A stretch of 64,000 nucleotides of DNA from Pyrinomonadaceae bacterium (GCA_046313635.1 JBKBYA010000002.1:1-64000); one strand, 5' to 3'. Numbered from the stretch's first letter, positions 22,799-32,591 are shown. Notes: generated from the sequence alone by a model not told the origin. A program made the numbers and translations.

Positions 22799-23656
22799 AT
22801 GACTGAACGCATCGATCGCGAGATCATCGGCGGGCATCTGCTGGTGATCGGCGGCGCCGAGGACAAGTACAACGAGCGGCGCATTTTGAAAAAATTTCTC
22901 GAGCTGGCCGGCGGCGTGGACAAGGCCGAGGTGCTGATCGTTCCGGTCGCGTCCGACTTTCCGGAGTTTGCGGCGGACGTTTACACACAGGCCTTTCGCA
23001 ATCTCGGCGTGGCCAACCCGCGCGTGCTGCGCGCGACGTCGCGGCAAGACGTTTATCAGGCCGATGCCGACGAACTGCTCGACGGCGTGACCGGCGTCTT
23101 TATGACCGGCGGCGACCAGATGCGGCTCGTCAGCCTGCTCGGCGGGACAAAGTTTGCCGACAAGCTGCGCCATCTGGTGCGAAGTACCGACATCGTTCTC
23201 GCCGGCACGAGCGCCGGAGCGGCAGGGATGAGCACGTCGATGATCGTCCGCGGCGAGTCGACGTCGCACCCGCACAAGAACAGCGTCAGGCTCTCGCCTG
23301 GTCTCGGCTTTCTCAAAAACATCATCATCGACCAGCACTTCACCGAGCGCGGCCGCATCAGCCGGCTCATCACGGCGGTATCTTTCAATCCTTACAATCT
23401 CGGCATCGGCATCGACGAGAATACGGCGATCATCGTCGGCGGCGACGGGGTGCTCGAGGTTTACGGGATGGGCTCGGTCACGATCGTCGACGGCTCGCAG
23501 ATCTCGTACAACGAGATCGCGGAGGTCGAGGACAACCAGTCCTTCAGCGTCTGCGGCGTTCAGCTGCACATCCTCCGCGACGGGCTGGTCTACGACTATC
23601 TCGACCGCCACCCCCTGCAGCCGCCAAACGAGTTCCTCCTGCCGGACATCGCGTGA
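22799..23656 (+). CDS. cphB: Cyanophycinase (peptidase S51), cytoplasmic
   Basis: IGGAEDK, FMTGGDQ, GTSAGA (catalytic Ser), IIDQHF, GIGIDENT; no signal peptide. Confidence 0.93.
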   Translation: MTERIDREIIGGHLLVIGGAEDKYNERRILKKFLELAGGVDKAEVLIVPVASDFPEFAADVYTQAFRNLGVANPRVLRATSRQDVYQADADELLDGVTGVFMTGGDQMRLVSLLGGTKFADKLRHLVRSTDIVLAGTSAGAAGMSTSMIVRGESTSHPHKNSVRLSPGLGFLKNIIIDQHFTERGRISRLITAVSFNPYNLGIGIDENTAIIVGGDGVLEVYGMGSVTIVDGSQISYNEIAEVEDNQSFSVCGVQLHILRDGLVYDYLDRHPLQPPNEFLLPDIA

Positions 23657-23664
23657 TCGGTGCG

Positions 23665-24108
23665 CGAATTTCGATTTGCGAATTTCGATTTGCGATTGAG
23701 ATCGTGAAAGAACTGAAGATGAACGAAAAGGAACTTCTAGAACGCACCAAAGCCTTCGCACTCCGGATCATGAAGCTTGTCGACGTATTGCCGAATACCA
23801 CAGCAGGCAGAGCTGTTGCGTCACAATTGGTACGGGCCGGAACATCGGTCGCCGCGAATTACCGTGCCGCATGCCGCGGCCGCTCGAAGGCGGAATTCAT
23901 CGCAAAGTTAGGCACCGTCGAGGAGGAGGCGGACGAATCCGCATTTTGGCTGGAGATCGTCATCGACAGCGGCATGATGAAAGAATCGCTTGTGGCCGAT
24001 CTCAGGCAGGAAGCCTCCGAGATCACGGCGATAATGGCAGCCTCTAAAATGACAGCTCGGAAGTCGAGTATTAACGATCGCAAATCGCAAATCGCAAATC
24101 GAAGATCC
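23665..24108. mobile_element. Putative intervening element: inverted heptamer-repeat arms (CGATTTG / CAAATCG) enclosing a four-helix-bundle gene
   Basis: Left arm 23665-23699 and right arm 24074-24108 are reverse-complementary tandem arrays. Mobility is inferred, not shown. Confidence 0.55.
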
Positions 24109-24114
24109 AAATGA
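23719..24114 (+). CDS. Four-helix-bundle protein (23S rRNA IVP / TIGR02436-like)
   Basis: LLERTKAFALRI, QLVRAGTSVAANYRAACRGRSKAEFIAKL, EEEADESAFWLE; the stop overlaps the cphA ATG. Confidence 0.9.
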   Translation: MNEKELLERTKAFALRIMKLVDVLPNTTAGRAVASQLVRAGTSVAANYRAACRGRSKAEFIAKLGTVEEEADESAFWLEIVIDSGMMKESLVADLRQEASEITAIMAASKMTARKSSINDRKSQIANRRSK

Positions 24115-26771
24115 ACATTCTCGAGATCCGCACACTTCGCGGCCCTAATTATTGGAGCGGTTATTGGAAAAAGCTGATCGTGATGCGCCTGGATATCGGC
24201 GATTACGAGGAGAAGCCGACCGACCGCATCGAGGGTTTTTACGAGCGGATGAATGAGCTCATCCCGTCGCTCTACACTCACGGCTGCAGCTATCAGGAGG
24301 ACGGCGGCTTTCTTCGCCGCGTCGAGGAGGGCACATGGGCAGGCCATGTGATCGAGCACTTTGCGCTCGAGCTGCAGACGCTCGCCGGAATGGATACCGG
24401 CTACGGCCGCACGCGCGAGACGGGCCAGCGCGGGATCTACAACGTCGTCTTCAGCTATATGGAAGAGGAGGTCGGCCGCTACGCAGGCCGCGCCGCGGTG
24501 CGCCTCTTTCTCGACATCGCCGAAGGCAAGCCGATCGAAGAGATCCGCAGGTCGATCGACGACGACGTCCAAAAGATGCGCGAGATCCGCGAGGACGTGC
24601 GCTTCGGGCCGTCGACCGGGGCACTTGTCGAAGAGGCGGTGAGCCGCGGCATCCCGTACATTCGCCTCAACGATCAGTCGCTCGTGCAGCTCGGGTACGG
24701 CGTTTATCAAAAGCGCATCCAGGCGACGACCACCGCCAACACCAATATGATCGCGACCGATCTCGCCGGCAACAAGGACGCGACCAAAAAGATCCTCGGC
24801 GATATGGGCGTGCCGGTGCCGCGCGGATACAAGATCAGAGACATCGCCGACCTCGAGAGCACGATCGAAAAGATCGGCTATCCGGTCGTCATCAAGCCTC
24901 TCGACGGCAATCACGGCAAGGGAGCGACGGTCGGGATCAAGACGATCGAGGCCGCAGAGAGAGCGTTTGAAAAGGCAAAGGAATATTCTCGCTGGGTGAT
25001 CGTCGAGCAGCAGCTGATCGGGTCGGACTTTCGTGCTCTGGTCGTCAACAACCGGCTCATCGCCGTCGCCGAGCGGATCCCCGCGCACGTCGTCGGCGAC
25101 GGCAAGAGCACGATCCAGCAGCTCATCGACCGGACCAACGCCGACCCGCGCCGCGGGTACGGGCATGAAAAGGTGCTGACCTGCATCGAGATCGACGGCC
25201 AGACCATGCGATGCATCAGGGCGGGCGGCTACGAGCTCGATTCGGTCTTGCCAAAGGACGAGGTCCTCTACCTCAAGACGACGGCCAACATCTCGACCGG
25301 CGGCACAGCGATCGACCGCACGGATGAGGTCCATCCGCTGAACGTCTTTCTCTTTGAGCGGATCGCGCGGATCATCGGCCTCGACATCGCGGGCATCGAC
25401 ATCATCGCTCCGAACGTTTCCGAGCCGCTGGTCGAATCCGGCGGCGGTGTGATCGAGGTCAACGCGGCGCCGGGTTTCCGCATGCATCTCGCGCCGTCGG
25501 AGGGCATCGGCCGAAATGTCGCCGAGCCGGTCCTCGATATGCTCTTCCCGCCGGGCACGCCGTCGCGCATCCCGATCATTTCGATCACCGGCACCAACGG
25601 CAAGACGACGGTCACGCGCCTGATCGCGCACATCCTCAAGGGAAGCGGGCTGACCGTCGGCTTTACGACGACCGACGGCACGTACATCCAAAACCAGCAG
25701 ATCGTACAGGGCGACAACACCGGCCCGGTCTCGGCGCAGCTCGTGCTCAAGGACCCGACCGTGCAGGTGGCGGTGCTCGAGACCGCACGCGGCGGCATCA
25801 TTCGCGCCGGGCTCGGTTTCGATCACTGCGATATCGGCGTGGTGACGAATATCGCCGCCGACCATCTCGGCCTCAAGGACGTCAACACTCTCGAGGACCT
25901 CGCCCGCGTCAAGTCTGTCGTGCCCCGCGCGGTCCATCGACGCGGCCACGCGGTGCTCAACGCCGAGGACCCGCTCGTTTACAAGATGCGCGAGCTGGTC
26001 GAGGGGCACTGCGTGTATTTCTCGATGAACGAGGACCACCCCAACATCCAGCGGCAGGCCGAACGCGGGCGCGTATCCTGCGTTTACGAGAACGGCTACA
26101 TCACCATTCTCAAGGGCAAGTGGAAGGTCCGCATCGAAAAGGCCGTCAACATCCCGCTGACCTACGGCGGCCGCGCCGAATTCATGATCCAGAACGTGCT
26201 GGCCGCGACGCTCGCATGCTTTGTGCACGGCGTTTCGCTCGAGGACCTGCGCGTCGGTCTGACGACCTTTAACGCCGGCACGGCGCAGACGCCCGGACGT
26301 CTCAACTTTATCGAGGTCGGCGACGTCACGGCGCTGATCGACTACGCGCACAACCCGGCCGGCATCCGCGGGCTCGTCACCTTTATCAACAAGCTCCCGA
26401 ACAAGTACCGGACCGTCATCCTTAACGGCACGGGCGATCGCCGCGACGACGACATCCGCGAGTTTGCGCGCATCGCCGCGGACAATTTCGATCGCATCGT
26501 AATTCGCCGCGGTCATTACCTGCGGGGGCGTTCGGAAGAGGAGCTGATCGGCCTGCTTCAGGAGGGCATCGCGCAGAGCGAAAACAAGCCGCAGGTGCGA
26601 GTGATACTCGAGGGACGCGACGCGATACGCCACGCGATCAAGCACGGCCGCAAGGGCGAGCTCGTCGTGACGCTCGGCGACCGCGTGCCGGACGATATTC
26701 GGTTCGTTCAGGAATGCCGCGACGAGTATCTCGCCGCAAAGGCCGAGGGCGGCGTGAAGGCTCGCGGGTAG
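24111..26771 (+). CDS. cphA: Cyanophycin synthetase CphA1
   Basis: LRGPNYWS, N domain C59/H79/E82/H83, ATP-grasp KPLDGNHGKG, Mur-ligase ITGTNGKTT, DYAHNP. Confidence 0.97.
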   Translation: MNILEIRTLRGPNYWSGYWKKLIVMRLDIGDYEEKPTDRIEGFYERMNELIPSLYTHGCSYQEDGGFLRRVEEGTWAGHVIEHFALELQTLAGMDTGYGRTRETGQRGIYNVVFSYMEEEVGRYAGRAAVRLFLDIAEGKPIEEIRRSIDDDVQKMREIREDVRFGPSTGALVEEAVSRGIPYIRLNDQSLVQLGYGVYQKRIQATTTANTNMIATDLAGNKDATKKILGDMGVPVPRGYKIRDIADLESTIEKIGYPVVIKPLDGNHGKGATVGIKTIEAAERAFEKAKEYSRWVIVEQQLIGSDFRALVVNNRLIAVAERIPAHVVGDGKSTIQQLIDRTNADPRRGYGHEKVLTCIEIDGQTMRCIRAGGYELDSVLPKDEVLYLKTTANISTGGTAIDRTDEVHPLNVFLFERIARIIGLDIAGIDIIAPNVSEPLVESGGGVIEVNAAPGFRMHLAPSEGIGRNVAEPVLDMLFPPGTPSRIPIISITGTNGKTTVTRLIAHILKGSGLTVGFTTTDGTYIQNQQIVQGDNTGPVSAQLVLKDPTVQVAVLETARGGIIRAGLGFDHCDIGVVTNIAADHLGLKDVNTLEDLARVKSVVPRAVHRRGHAVLNAEDPLVYKMRELVEGHCVYFSMNEDHPNIQRQAERGRVSCVYENGYITILKGKWKVRIEKAVNIPLTYGGRAEFMIQNVLAATLACFVHGVSLEDLRVGLTTFNAGTAQTPGRLNFIEVGDVTALIDYAHNPAGIRGLVTFINKLPNKYRTVILNGTGDRRDDDIREFARIAADNFDRIVIRRGHYLRGRSEEELIGLLQEGIAQSENKPQVRVILEGRDAIRHAIKHGRKGELVVTLGDRVPDDIRFVQECRDEYLAAKAEGGVKARG

Positions 26772-27764
26772 TCAGCGGTAGATCTGGACCTGCGGCGGCT
26801 GACCGGCCGTGACCCAGCCGCGGTACATCCCGTCGGAGTTGAAGGGAAGTGCGACCCCGCCATTTGCGTCGACGGCGATCAGGCCGCCTTCGCCGCCGAT
26901 GCGAGCGAGTTGCTCGACGGTCTCGCGCGCGGCGACGGCGAGCCTCTGCCCGCCATACTTCATTCGCGCCGCGACATCATAGGCCGTTACGCCGAGCATA
27001 AAGAATTCGCCGTGCCCCGTGCACGACACGGCGCAGGTCGAATTGTCGGCGTAGGTGCCGCAGCCGATGAGCGGCGTGTCGCCGATGCGGCCAAACTTTT
27101 TGTTGGTCATCCCGCCGGTCGACGTCGCCGCGGCAAGGTTGCCGTCCGCGTCGCACGCGACCGCGCCGACCGTGCCCAGCGGCTTGGCCGGATGGATCTG
27201 CGGCTCGGTGTCGGCGGCGGCGAGAGCCTCGATATTCTCCTCGATGATCTTCTGTTCGCCGGCGGTATGGTCGAGCTGGACGATGCCTTCCTCGCGAGCT
27301 TTTAAGAGCTGCTGGTAGCGATGCTCGGTGTAGAAGTACGCGTCGTCCGCCATCTCGACGCCCATCTCGAGCGCGAACTGATTTGCCCCGGCGCCGCCGA
27401 GCATCACGTGCTCGGTCCGCTCCATCACAAGCCGCGCAAGCTTGATCGGATTCTTAACATTCCTGACCAGGGCGACAGAGCCTCCACGCAGGCGCCGGCC
27501 GTCCATTATCGAGGCGTCCATTTCGTGCTTGCCCTCGTGCGTGAAGACCGACCCGCGGCCGGCATTGAATAGCGGAAAGTCTTCGAGCGAGCAGACCGTC
27601 TCTTCGACGCAGTCCATCGCCGAGCCGCCCCGTTCAAGTATCTCCCAGCCGCGCCGAAGGGCCTCGTCGAGGCCCGAGCGATATTCGCGTTCGAGTTCGG
27701 GCGTCATCAACGACCTCAGGATGGTGCCTGCACCGCCGTGAATTGCAAGAGCGATCTTGTTCAT
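26772..27764 (-). CDS. iaaA: Isoaspartyl peptidase/L-asparaginase (Ntn hydrolase), cytoplasmic
   Basis: AIHGGAG, FNAGRGSV, GTVGAVA (Thr nucleophile), TSTGG, GRIGDTP. Confidence 0.93.
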   Translation of the reverse strand: MNKIALAIHGGAGTILRSLMTPELEREYRSGLDEALRRGWEILERGGSAMDCVEETVCSLEDFPLFNAGRGSVFTHEGKHEMDASIMDGRRLRGGSVALVRNVKNPIKLARLVMERTEHVMLGGAGANQFALEMGVEMADDAYFYTEHRYQQLLKAREEGIVQLDHTAGEQKIIEENIEALAAADTEPQIHPAKPLGTVGAVACDADGNLAAATSTGGMTNKKFGRIGDTPLIGCGTYADNSTCAVSCTGHGEFFMLGVTAYDVAARMKYGGQRLAVAARETVEQLARIGGEGGLIAVDANGGVALPFNSDGMYRGWVTAGQPPQVQIYR

Positions 27765-28063
27765 CTTGATCGGGAGTCCGCCGTGAGAGGCAGGCGGTCG
27801 AGATAAGGATAACCGATGCGACGACGAACTTCATCGCCGCACGGCGGAGGAAAGCGTCGATCGGATCGACCGGCGTTGGCGGCGATATTTTTGCGGAACG
27901 CCCGGACGATTGGCCGTTTATTTTGAAAGGAGCGGGAAATACCCGCCGCCGCACCGGGCCGACACCCGACGAACCTTATCCGAAAAGGCAACTGCCCCGA
28001 ACGGGCACGCGCAAAGCCAGGAAGCTCGACAGAGCGACGTCCGGCTGCCGAAGTGAGGTCGAC

Positions 28064-28624
28064 TTGATCAAATCTACTCTTCTCATTCTTGCGATCCTAT
28101 TCATCACTTCCGGGGCCGCTGCCGCACAGGCGCAGATCGGCTTCGATCAGCTGTCTCTGGCCTCCGCATCCGCGAGGTTCTATCCAGGTTCTGCGAGTGC
28201 CGCCGCGCCGGTTTCGACGGCGGCCGCCGGTTACGAACGCGCCGCATTCGAATTGATCAACAAGCGGCGGGCCGAGCAGGGCGACGAGCCGCTCGTCTGG
28301 TCCGACATGGCCGCCGCGGTCGCCCGCGTGCATTCGGCCGATATGGCGAACGGCAGATTCTTCAGCCATCGCGGCAGCGACGGAACGATGGTCGACGACC
28401 GTGCCGAGCGGTTCGGCATCCGCGACTGGCAGGCGATCAGCGAGAATATCGCTTTTGTGCAGGGCGAAGCCGACCCCGTCGTGCGAGCTGTCGATCTGTG
28501 GATGGACTCGGCCGCGCACCGCAAAAATCTGCTCGACAAACGCTGGAAGGAATCGGCGATCGGCGTCGCCGTTCTCCCCGACGGCACGATCTATTTTACG
28601 CAGGTCTTTATACTCAGATTTTAA
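28064..28624 (+). CDS. Secreted CAP/SCP-domain protein
   Basis: Signal peptide from TTG 28064, INKRRAE, HSADMA, FFSH, ENIA, WMDSAAHRKNLL, IGVAV, YFTQVF. Confidence 0.85.
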   Translation: MIKSTLLILAILFITSGAAAAQAQIGFDQLSLASASARFYPGSASAAAPVSTAAAGYERAAFELINKRRAEQGDEPLVWSDMAAAVARVHSADMANGRFFSHRGSDGTMVDDRAERFGIRDWQAISENIAFVQGEADPVVRAVDLWMDSAAHRKNLLDKRWKESAIGVAVLPDGTIYFTQVFILRF

Positions 28625-28658
28625 CGAGGTCTTCACGACGCTTAACTGGGAAAACTTC

Positions 28659-28689
28659 AGGCGGCCGTCGATACGGTCGCCTCTTTTTT
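28659..28689 (+). terminator. Intrinsic terminator after the CAP gene
   Basis: AGGCGGCCG/CGGTCGCCT stem followed by a T-tract. Confidence 0.65.
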
Positions 28690-28693
28690 AGTT

Positions 28694-28722
28694 TTGCCGG
28701 GGTGTTTGCCTTCGCCTATGCT
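28694..28722 (+). promoter_or_regulatory. Promoter for leaderless ispE
   Basis: TTGCCG-17 nt-TATGCT, 6 nt before the GTG start, no Shine-Dalgarno. Confidence 0.6.
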
Positions 28723-28728
28723 TGAAGC

Positions 28729-29625
28729 GTGACAGCGGCCGAGATCGTTCTTCCGTCATTCGCCAAGATCAACCTGAGCCTCCGCGTCGTCGGCAAGCGG
28801 CCCGACGGCTATCACGAGCTGTGCACGACGTTTCAGAGCGTTTCGCTTGCTGACCGAATGACGTTCACGCCCGCCGACCGTCTCTCGCTCGAGTGCACCG
28901 ATCCCGGCCTGCCGATCGAGGGCAATCTTGTCCTGCGGGCGGCCGAGGCGCTCCGCTCTCGATATGGCGTAACGGCCGGAGCGGCGATACGCCTCGAGAA
29001 ACGCATTCCTTTTCCCGGCGGATTGGGCGGCGGCTCGTCGAATGCCGCGGTGACGCTGCTCGCTCTCAACCGCCTTTGGTCGATCGGTGCCGATGTGTCT
29101 GCACTGGCGGCCATCGGCGGCACGCTGGGGGCCGACGTGCCGTACTTTTTCTACGGCGGGCGCGCGCTCGGCACCGGCCGCGGCGATGCGATCGACGAGC
29201 TCGAGGACCTTCAGCTCGGGCCGCTGCTGATCGTCGTTCCGGATGTAGACGTGCCGACCGCGGATGCGTTCCGGGGGCTGAATTTCAACGGCTTGACATC
29301 GGAAAACCCAGAACGTATCCTTCAAATTTGCCGCGAAGAGGCCGATCCGTCGGTTTTTGCTCCGGGGGCTGCGGTCAACGATCTGGAGCCGAGCGTTTTT
29401 GAAAATTTTCCTGAAGTCGCTCGCGTGAAGCGATCTCTGATCGATCTCGGAGCGACACACGCCGCGATGAGCGGCAGCGGAGCTTCGGTCTTCGCGGTTT
29501 TTGACAAAGAAGAGACACGGCACACAGCTATCAAAGCCCTTGACAATGAGGTCAACTGGCGAAAGTTTGCCGTAGCGGCCATCTCGCGGTCCGAGTACCG
29601 CGAAGCACTGCGTTCAGTGTTTTGA
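28729..29625 (+). CDS. ispE: 4-diphosphocytidyl-2-C-methyl-D-erythritol kinase
   Basis: AKINLSL, DGYHEL, KRIP.PGGLGGGSSNAA, LGADVP, MSGSG. Confidence 0.95.
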   Translation: MTAAEIVLPSFAKINLSLRVVGKRPDGYHELCTTFQSVSLADRMTFTPADRLSLECTDPGLPIEGNLVLRAAEALRSRYGVTAGAAIRLEKRIPFPGGLGGGSSNAAVTLLALNRLWSIGADVSALAAIGGTLGADVPYFFYGGRALGTGRGDAIDELEDLQLGPLLIVVPDVDVPTADAFRGLNFNGLTSENPERILQICREEADPSVFAPGAAVNDLEPSVFENFPEVARVKRSLIDLGATHAAMSGSGASVFAVFDKEETRHTAIKALDNEVNWRKFAVAAISRSEYREALRSVF

Positions 29626-29657
29626 TCCGCTTCCGAGTTTTTCTCTGAATTTTGCAT

Positions 29658-29732
29658 TGGGGCGTCGCCAAGTGGTAAGGCACCGGTCTTTGGATCCGGC
29701 ATTCGTAGGTTCGAATCCTTCCGCCCCAGCCA
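29658..29732 (+). tRNA. tRNA-Gln (anticodon TTG)
   Basis: Cloverleaf with acceptor TGGGGCG/CGCCCCA, anticodon loop CTTTGGA, T-loop TTCGAAT and encoded CCA; usual ispE-tRNA-Gln-prs context. Confidence 0.95.
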
Positions 29733-29748
29733 GATCGGACATCGGAAG

Positions 29749-29786
29749 AACGGGCAATCATACACTGATTGCCCGTTTTCGTTTTT
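29749..29786 (+). terminator. Hairpin/terminator after tRNA-Gln
   Basis: AACGGGCAATCA/TGATTGCCCGTT stem followed by a T-rich tail. Confidence 0.65.
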
Positions 29787-29814
29787 GTGCGTCGGCACGG
29801 CCGGCGTGACCCTG

Positions 29815-30771
29815 ATGAGAGTGACTGGCAATTTAAAGATATTCTCCGGCAACGCTCACCCGGCTCTCGCTCAAGAGATCTGCGGAGAGCTGAGCTGCGA
29901 TCTCGGCAAGGCGACCACCGAGCGATTCTCGGACGGCGAGTTCAATTTCCAGATCGTCGAGAACGTTCGCGGCGGCGACGTCTTCATCGTGCAGCCGACA
30001 TGCCCGCCGACCGATCAAAACCTGATGGAGCTGTTGATCATGATCGACACGTTCCGCCGAGCGTCGGCCGAGCGTGTGACGGCCGTGATCCCGTACTTCG
30101 GCTACGCCCGCTCTGACAAGAAGGACCGGCCGCGGGTGCCGATCTCGGCAAAGCTGGTCGCCAATCTGATCACGACCGCCGGGGCCGACCGCGTGCTGAC
30201 GATGGACCTGCACGCGTCGCAGATCCAAGGATTCTTTGACATTCCGGTCGACCACCTTTACGCCGCTCCGGTGATGGTCGAGTACTTCAAGGTCAATCCG
30301 ATCGAGAACATGATCGTCGTGGCGCCCGATACCGGAGGGGCCGAGCGAGCTCGGGCCTACGCAAAGCGTCTGGACGCGGGCCTGGCGCTCTGCGACAAAC
30401 GGCGCGAGCGGGCCAACGTTGCCGAAGTGATGAATATCGTCGGCGACGTCGCCGGCAAGAACTGTCTCATCATCGACGATATGTGCGACACGGGCGGGAC
30501 GATCTGCAAGGTCGCCGACGCGCTGCATAAAGAAGGTGCCAACGAGATCTACGCGCTCTTCACGCACGCTGTGCTGAGCGGCAGGGCGATCGACAACATC
30601 TGCAACTCGCACCTGAAAAAGGTGATCGTCACCAACACGATCCCGCTGCGCGAGGATGGCAGGCCGCTGCTGGGCGACGGCAAGATCGAGGTGTTGAGCG
30701 TCGCGAAGCTGCTCGCGTCGGCGATCAGATCGATCCACGACGAGACGAGCGTTTCGTCATTGTTTATCTAA
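29815..30771 (+). CDS. prs: Ribose-phosphate pyrophosphokinase
   Basis: FSDGE, PYFGYARSD, MDLHASQIQGFF, VAPDTGG, IIDDMCDTGGT; start at ATG 29815 or GTG 29821. Confidence 0.96.
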   Translation: MRVTGNLKIFSGNAHPALAQEICGELSCDLGKATTERFSDGEFNFQIVENVRGGDVFIVQPTCPPTDQNLMELLIMIDTFRRASAERVTAVIPYFGYARSDKKDRPRVPISAKLVANLITTAGADRVLTMDLHASQIQGFFDIPVDHLYAAPVMVEYFKVNPIENMIVVAPDTGGAERARAYAKRLDAGLALCDKRRERANVAEVMNIVGDVAGKNCLIIDDMCDTGGTICKVADALHKEGANEIYALFTHAVLSGRAIDNICNSHLKKVIVTNTIPLREDGRPLLGDGKIEVLSVAKLLASAIRSIHDETSVSSLFI

Positions 30772-30776
30772 GAGCT

Positions 30777-30847
30777 GTTCCGAGTTCGAAGTCCGAGGTT
30801 TGAAGCTTTTATAACGACCTTGCACTTTGAACCTTGAACTTTGAACC
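30777..30847. repeat. Inverted heptamer-repeat hairpin (GTTCnaa / CyTTGAA) between prs and rplY
   Basis: GTTCCGA GTTCGAA GTCCGAG GTTTGAA ... CCTTGCA CTTTGAA CCTTGAA CTTTGAA. Confidence 0.7.
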
Positions 30848-30859
30848 AGGCAAGAAGTT

Positions 30860-31495
30860 ATGGCAGAGAAACTTGTAGTAAAAGCGCAAAAGCGTGAGGC
30901 CGGCGGAAAGAACGTCAACCGCCGTCTCCGTGCTGAAGGTAAGGTCCCGGTCGTCGTCTACGGCGGCGGCACCGAGAGCGTCGCGGCGGTCGCTGAACTC
31001 GCCGATCTCGCACGCGTGCTCCGCACCGAGAGCGGGGTCAATTCGGTCTTTTCGCTGGAGATCGAGGGTGAGGGCGCGACGGACGTCATCTTTCAGGACC
31101 GCCAGGTCGATCCGCTGAAGGGAAGGCTGATCCACGCCGACCTTCGCCGTTTCGCACGCGGTGAAAAGATCGAGATGACCGTTCCGATCCACCTCGAGGG
31201 CGAGCCTGAGCTTGCGGAAGGCGCGATCCTGACGCAGGCCCTGCGCGAGATAAAGGTCCTGTGCGAGCCGGCCAACACTCCGGACGCGATCCATGTCGAC
31301 GTCTCGGGGCTCACGTCCGACCACGCGCTTCACGTTTCGGACCTCAAGGTCGGGAGCGGTATCGAGATCCACGAATCTCCCGATACGGTCGTCGCATCGA
31401 TCACGGTCGTCAAGGAGACCGAGCTCGAGCCGCAGCTCGAGGCGGCCGAGCCCGAGGTGATCGGCGAAAAGACCGGCGAGGGAGAAGGCGAATAG
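30860..31495 (+). CDS. rplY: 50S ribosomal protein L25/Ctc
   Basis: RRLRAEGKVPVVVYG, LIHADL, C-terminal beta domain and acidic tail. Confidence 0.95.
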   Translation: MAEKLVVKAQKREAGGKNVNRRLRAEGKVPVVVYGGGTESVAAVAELADLARVLRTESGVNSVFSLEIEGEGATDVIFQDRQVDPLKGRLIHADLRRFARGEKIEMTVPIHLEGEPELAEGAILTQALREIKVLCEPANTPDAIHVDVSGLTSDHALHVSDLKVGSGIEIHESPDTVVASITVVKETELEPQLEAAEPEVIGEKTGEGEGE

Positions 31496-31544
31496 CCGCC
31501 GCTTTGCGGAGCTTTCGCCGGCGGCGCGAGCGCTTGAACGCGAG

Positions 31545-32129
31545 ATGCCAACCGACCTCGGAACCGCAAGCAAATGGGTGGTCGCGGGACTCGGCAATCC
31601 GGGAACGCAGTACGAACGTACTCGCCATAATCTCGGATTCATGCTCGTCGACCGGCTCGCGGCCGACTCGCAGACGCAGGTCAAGCGCGAAGAGTGCAGG
31701 GCACTCGTCGGTCGGGCCGAGATCGAGGGGCAGACGGTCGAGCTGGTAAAGCCGCAGACCTTTATGAACCTCAGCGGCGACGCCGTCAGCTGCCTGGTCA
31801 AAAAGCCGGGCCGCTCGGTCGAAAAGCTGATCGTGATATCGGATGACCTCGCGATCCCGTTTGGCCGAATTCGCATACGGCCCCGAGGGACGCACGGCGG
31901 ACAAAACGGTCTCCGGTCTATCATCGACCGGCTCGGCACGCAGGACTTTATCCGGCTGAGGATCGGCATCCAGCCCGACCATCCGGTCTCGGACGCAAGC
32001 AGGTTCGTTCTCGAAAGATTTTCGCGAAGCGAAAGCGAGGCACTTGAAGGAATTCTCGAGACGTCAGCGGACGCGGTCCGAGCGATCATCCGCGAAGGCG
32101 TCGACGCCGCGATGGCGAGATTCAATTGA
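31545..32129 (+). CDS. pth: Peptidyl-tRNA hydrolase
   Basis: GLGNPG..Y..TRHNLGF, KPQTFMNLSG, RLRIGI. Confidence 0.96.
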   Translation: MPTDLGTASKWVVAGLGNPGTQYERTRHNLGFMLVDRLAADSQTQVKREECRALVGRAEIEGQTVELVKPQTFMNLSGDAVSCLVKKPGRSVEKLIVISDDLAIPFGRIRIRPRGTHGGQNGLRSIIDRLGTQDFIRLRIGIQPDHPVSDASRFVLERFSRSESEALEGILETSADAVRAIIREGVDAAMARFN

Positions 32130-32189
32130 CAGACATCCTTACTTCATCCGCCACGGGTGAGGTTGGAAAGCCAAAAGGAGAAATAAGAA

Positions 32190-32591
32190 GTGGCAAATAG
32201 AACTTACGAAGTAATGTACATCGTCGATCCGGACACTCCGGACGAACGGATCGGCAAACTCAACGAGGCCGTCGGAAAGGTCATCGAAAAGGAGGGCGGC
32301 ACCGTCGTCCGAATGGACGATATCGGCCGGCGTCCGCTCGCCTACCAGATCAACAAAAAGAAAGAGGGCTACTACGTGCTCTTTGAGATCGACGGCAGCG
32401 GTCAGGAGATCGCCGAGCTCGAGCGCCGTATGCGCGTCAACGATATGATCATGCGCTACATCACGGTGCGCGTCGATGAGGACCGCAAGGCCGCCGAGAA
32501 GGTCCGCGCAAAGCGTGAGGCCCGCGCGGCGAAGCGGGCGAAATTCCGCGAGACGCCGGCGTCGGCAGATCAGCCCGAGGCGGCAGCCTGA
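32190..32591 (+). CDS. rpsF: 30S ribosomal protein S6
   Basis: YEVMYI, GRRPLAYQINK..EGYY; GTG start with GGAG RBS. Confidence 0.95.
   Translation: MANRTYEVMYIVDPDTPDERIGKLNEAVGKVIEKEGGTVVRMDDIGRRPLAYQINKKKEGYYVLFEIDGSGQEIAELERRMRVNDMIMRYITVRVDEDRKAAEKVRAKREARAAKRAKFRETPASADQPEAAA

Noticed and set aside
23719..24114. Four-helix-bundle gene as the Avd of a diversity-generating retroelement
   Set aside because: No reverse transcriptase or template/variable repeat pair is visible in the window.
32130..32189. Possible S6:S18 autoregulatory leader
   Set aside because: Position fits and a small hairpin is possible, but I cannot confirm the consensus by eye.
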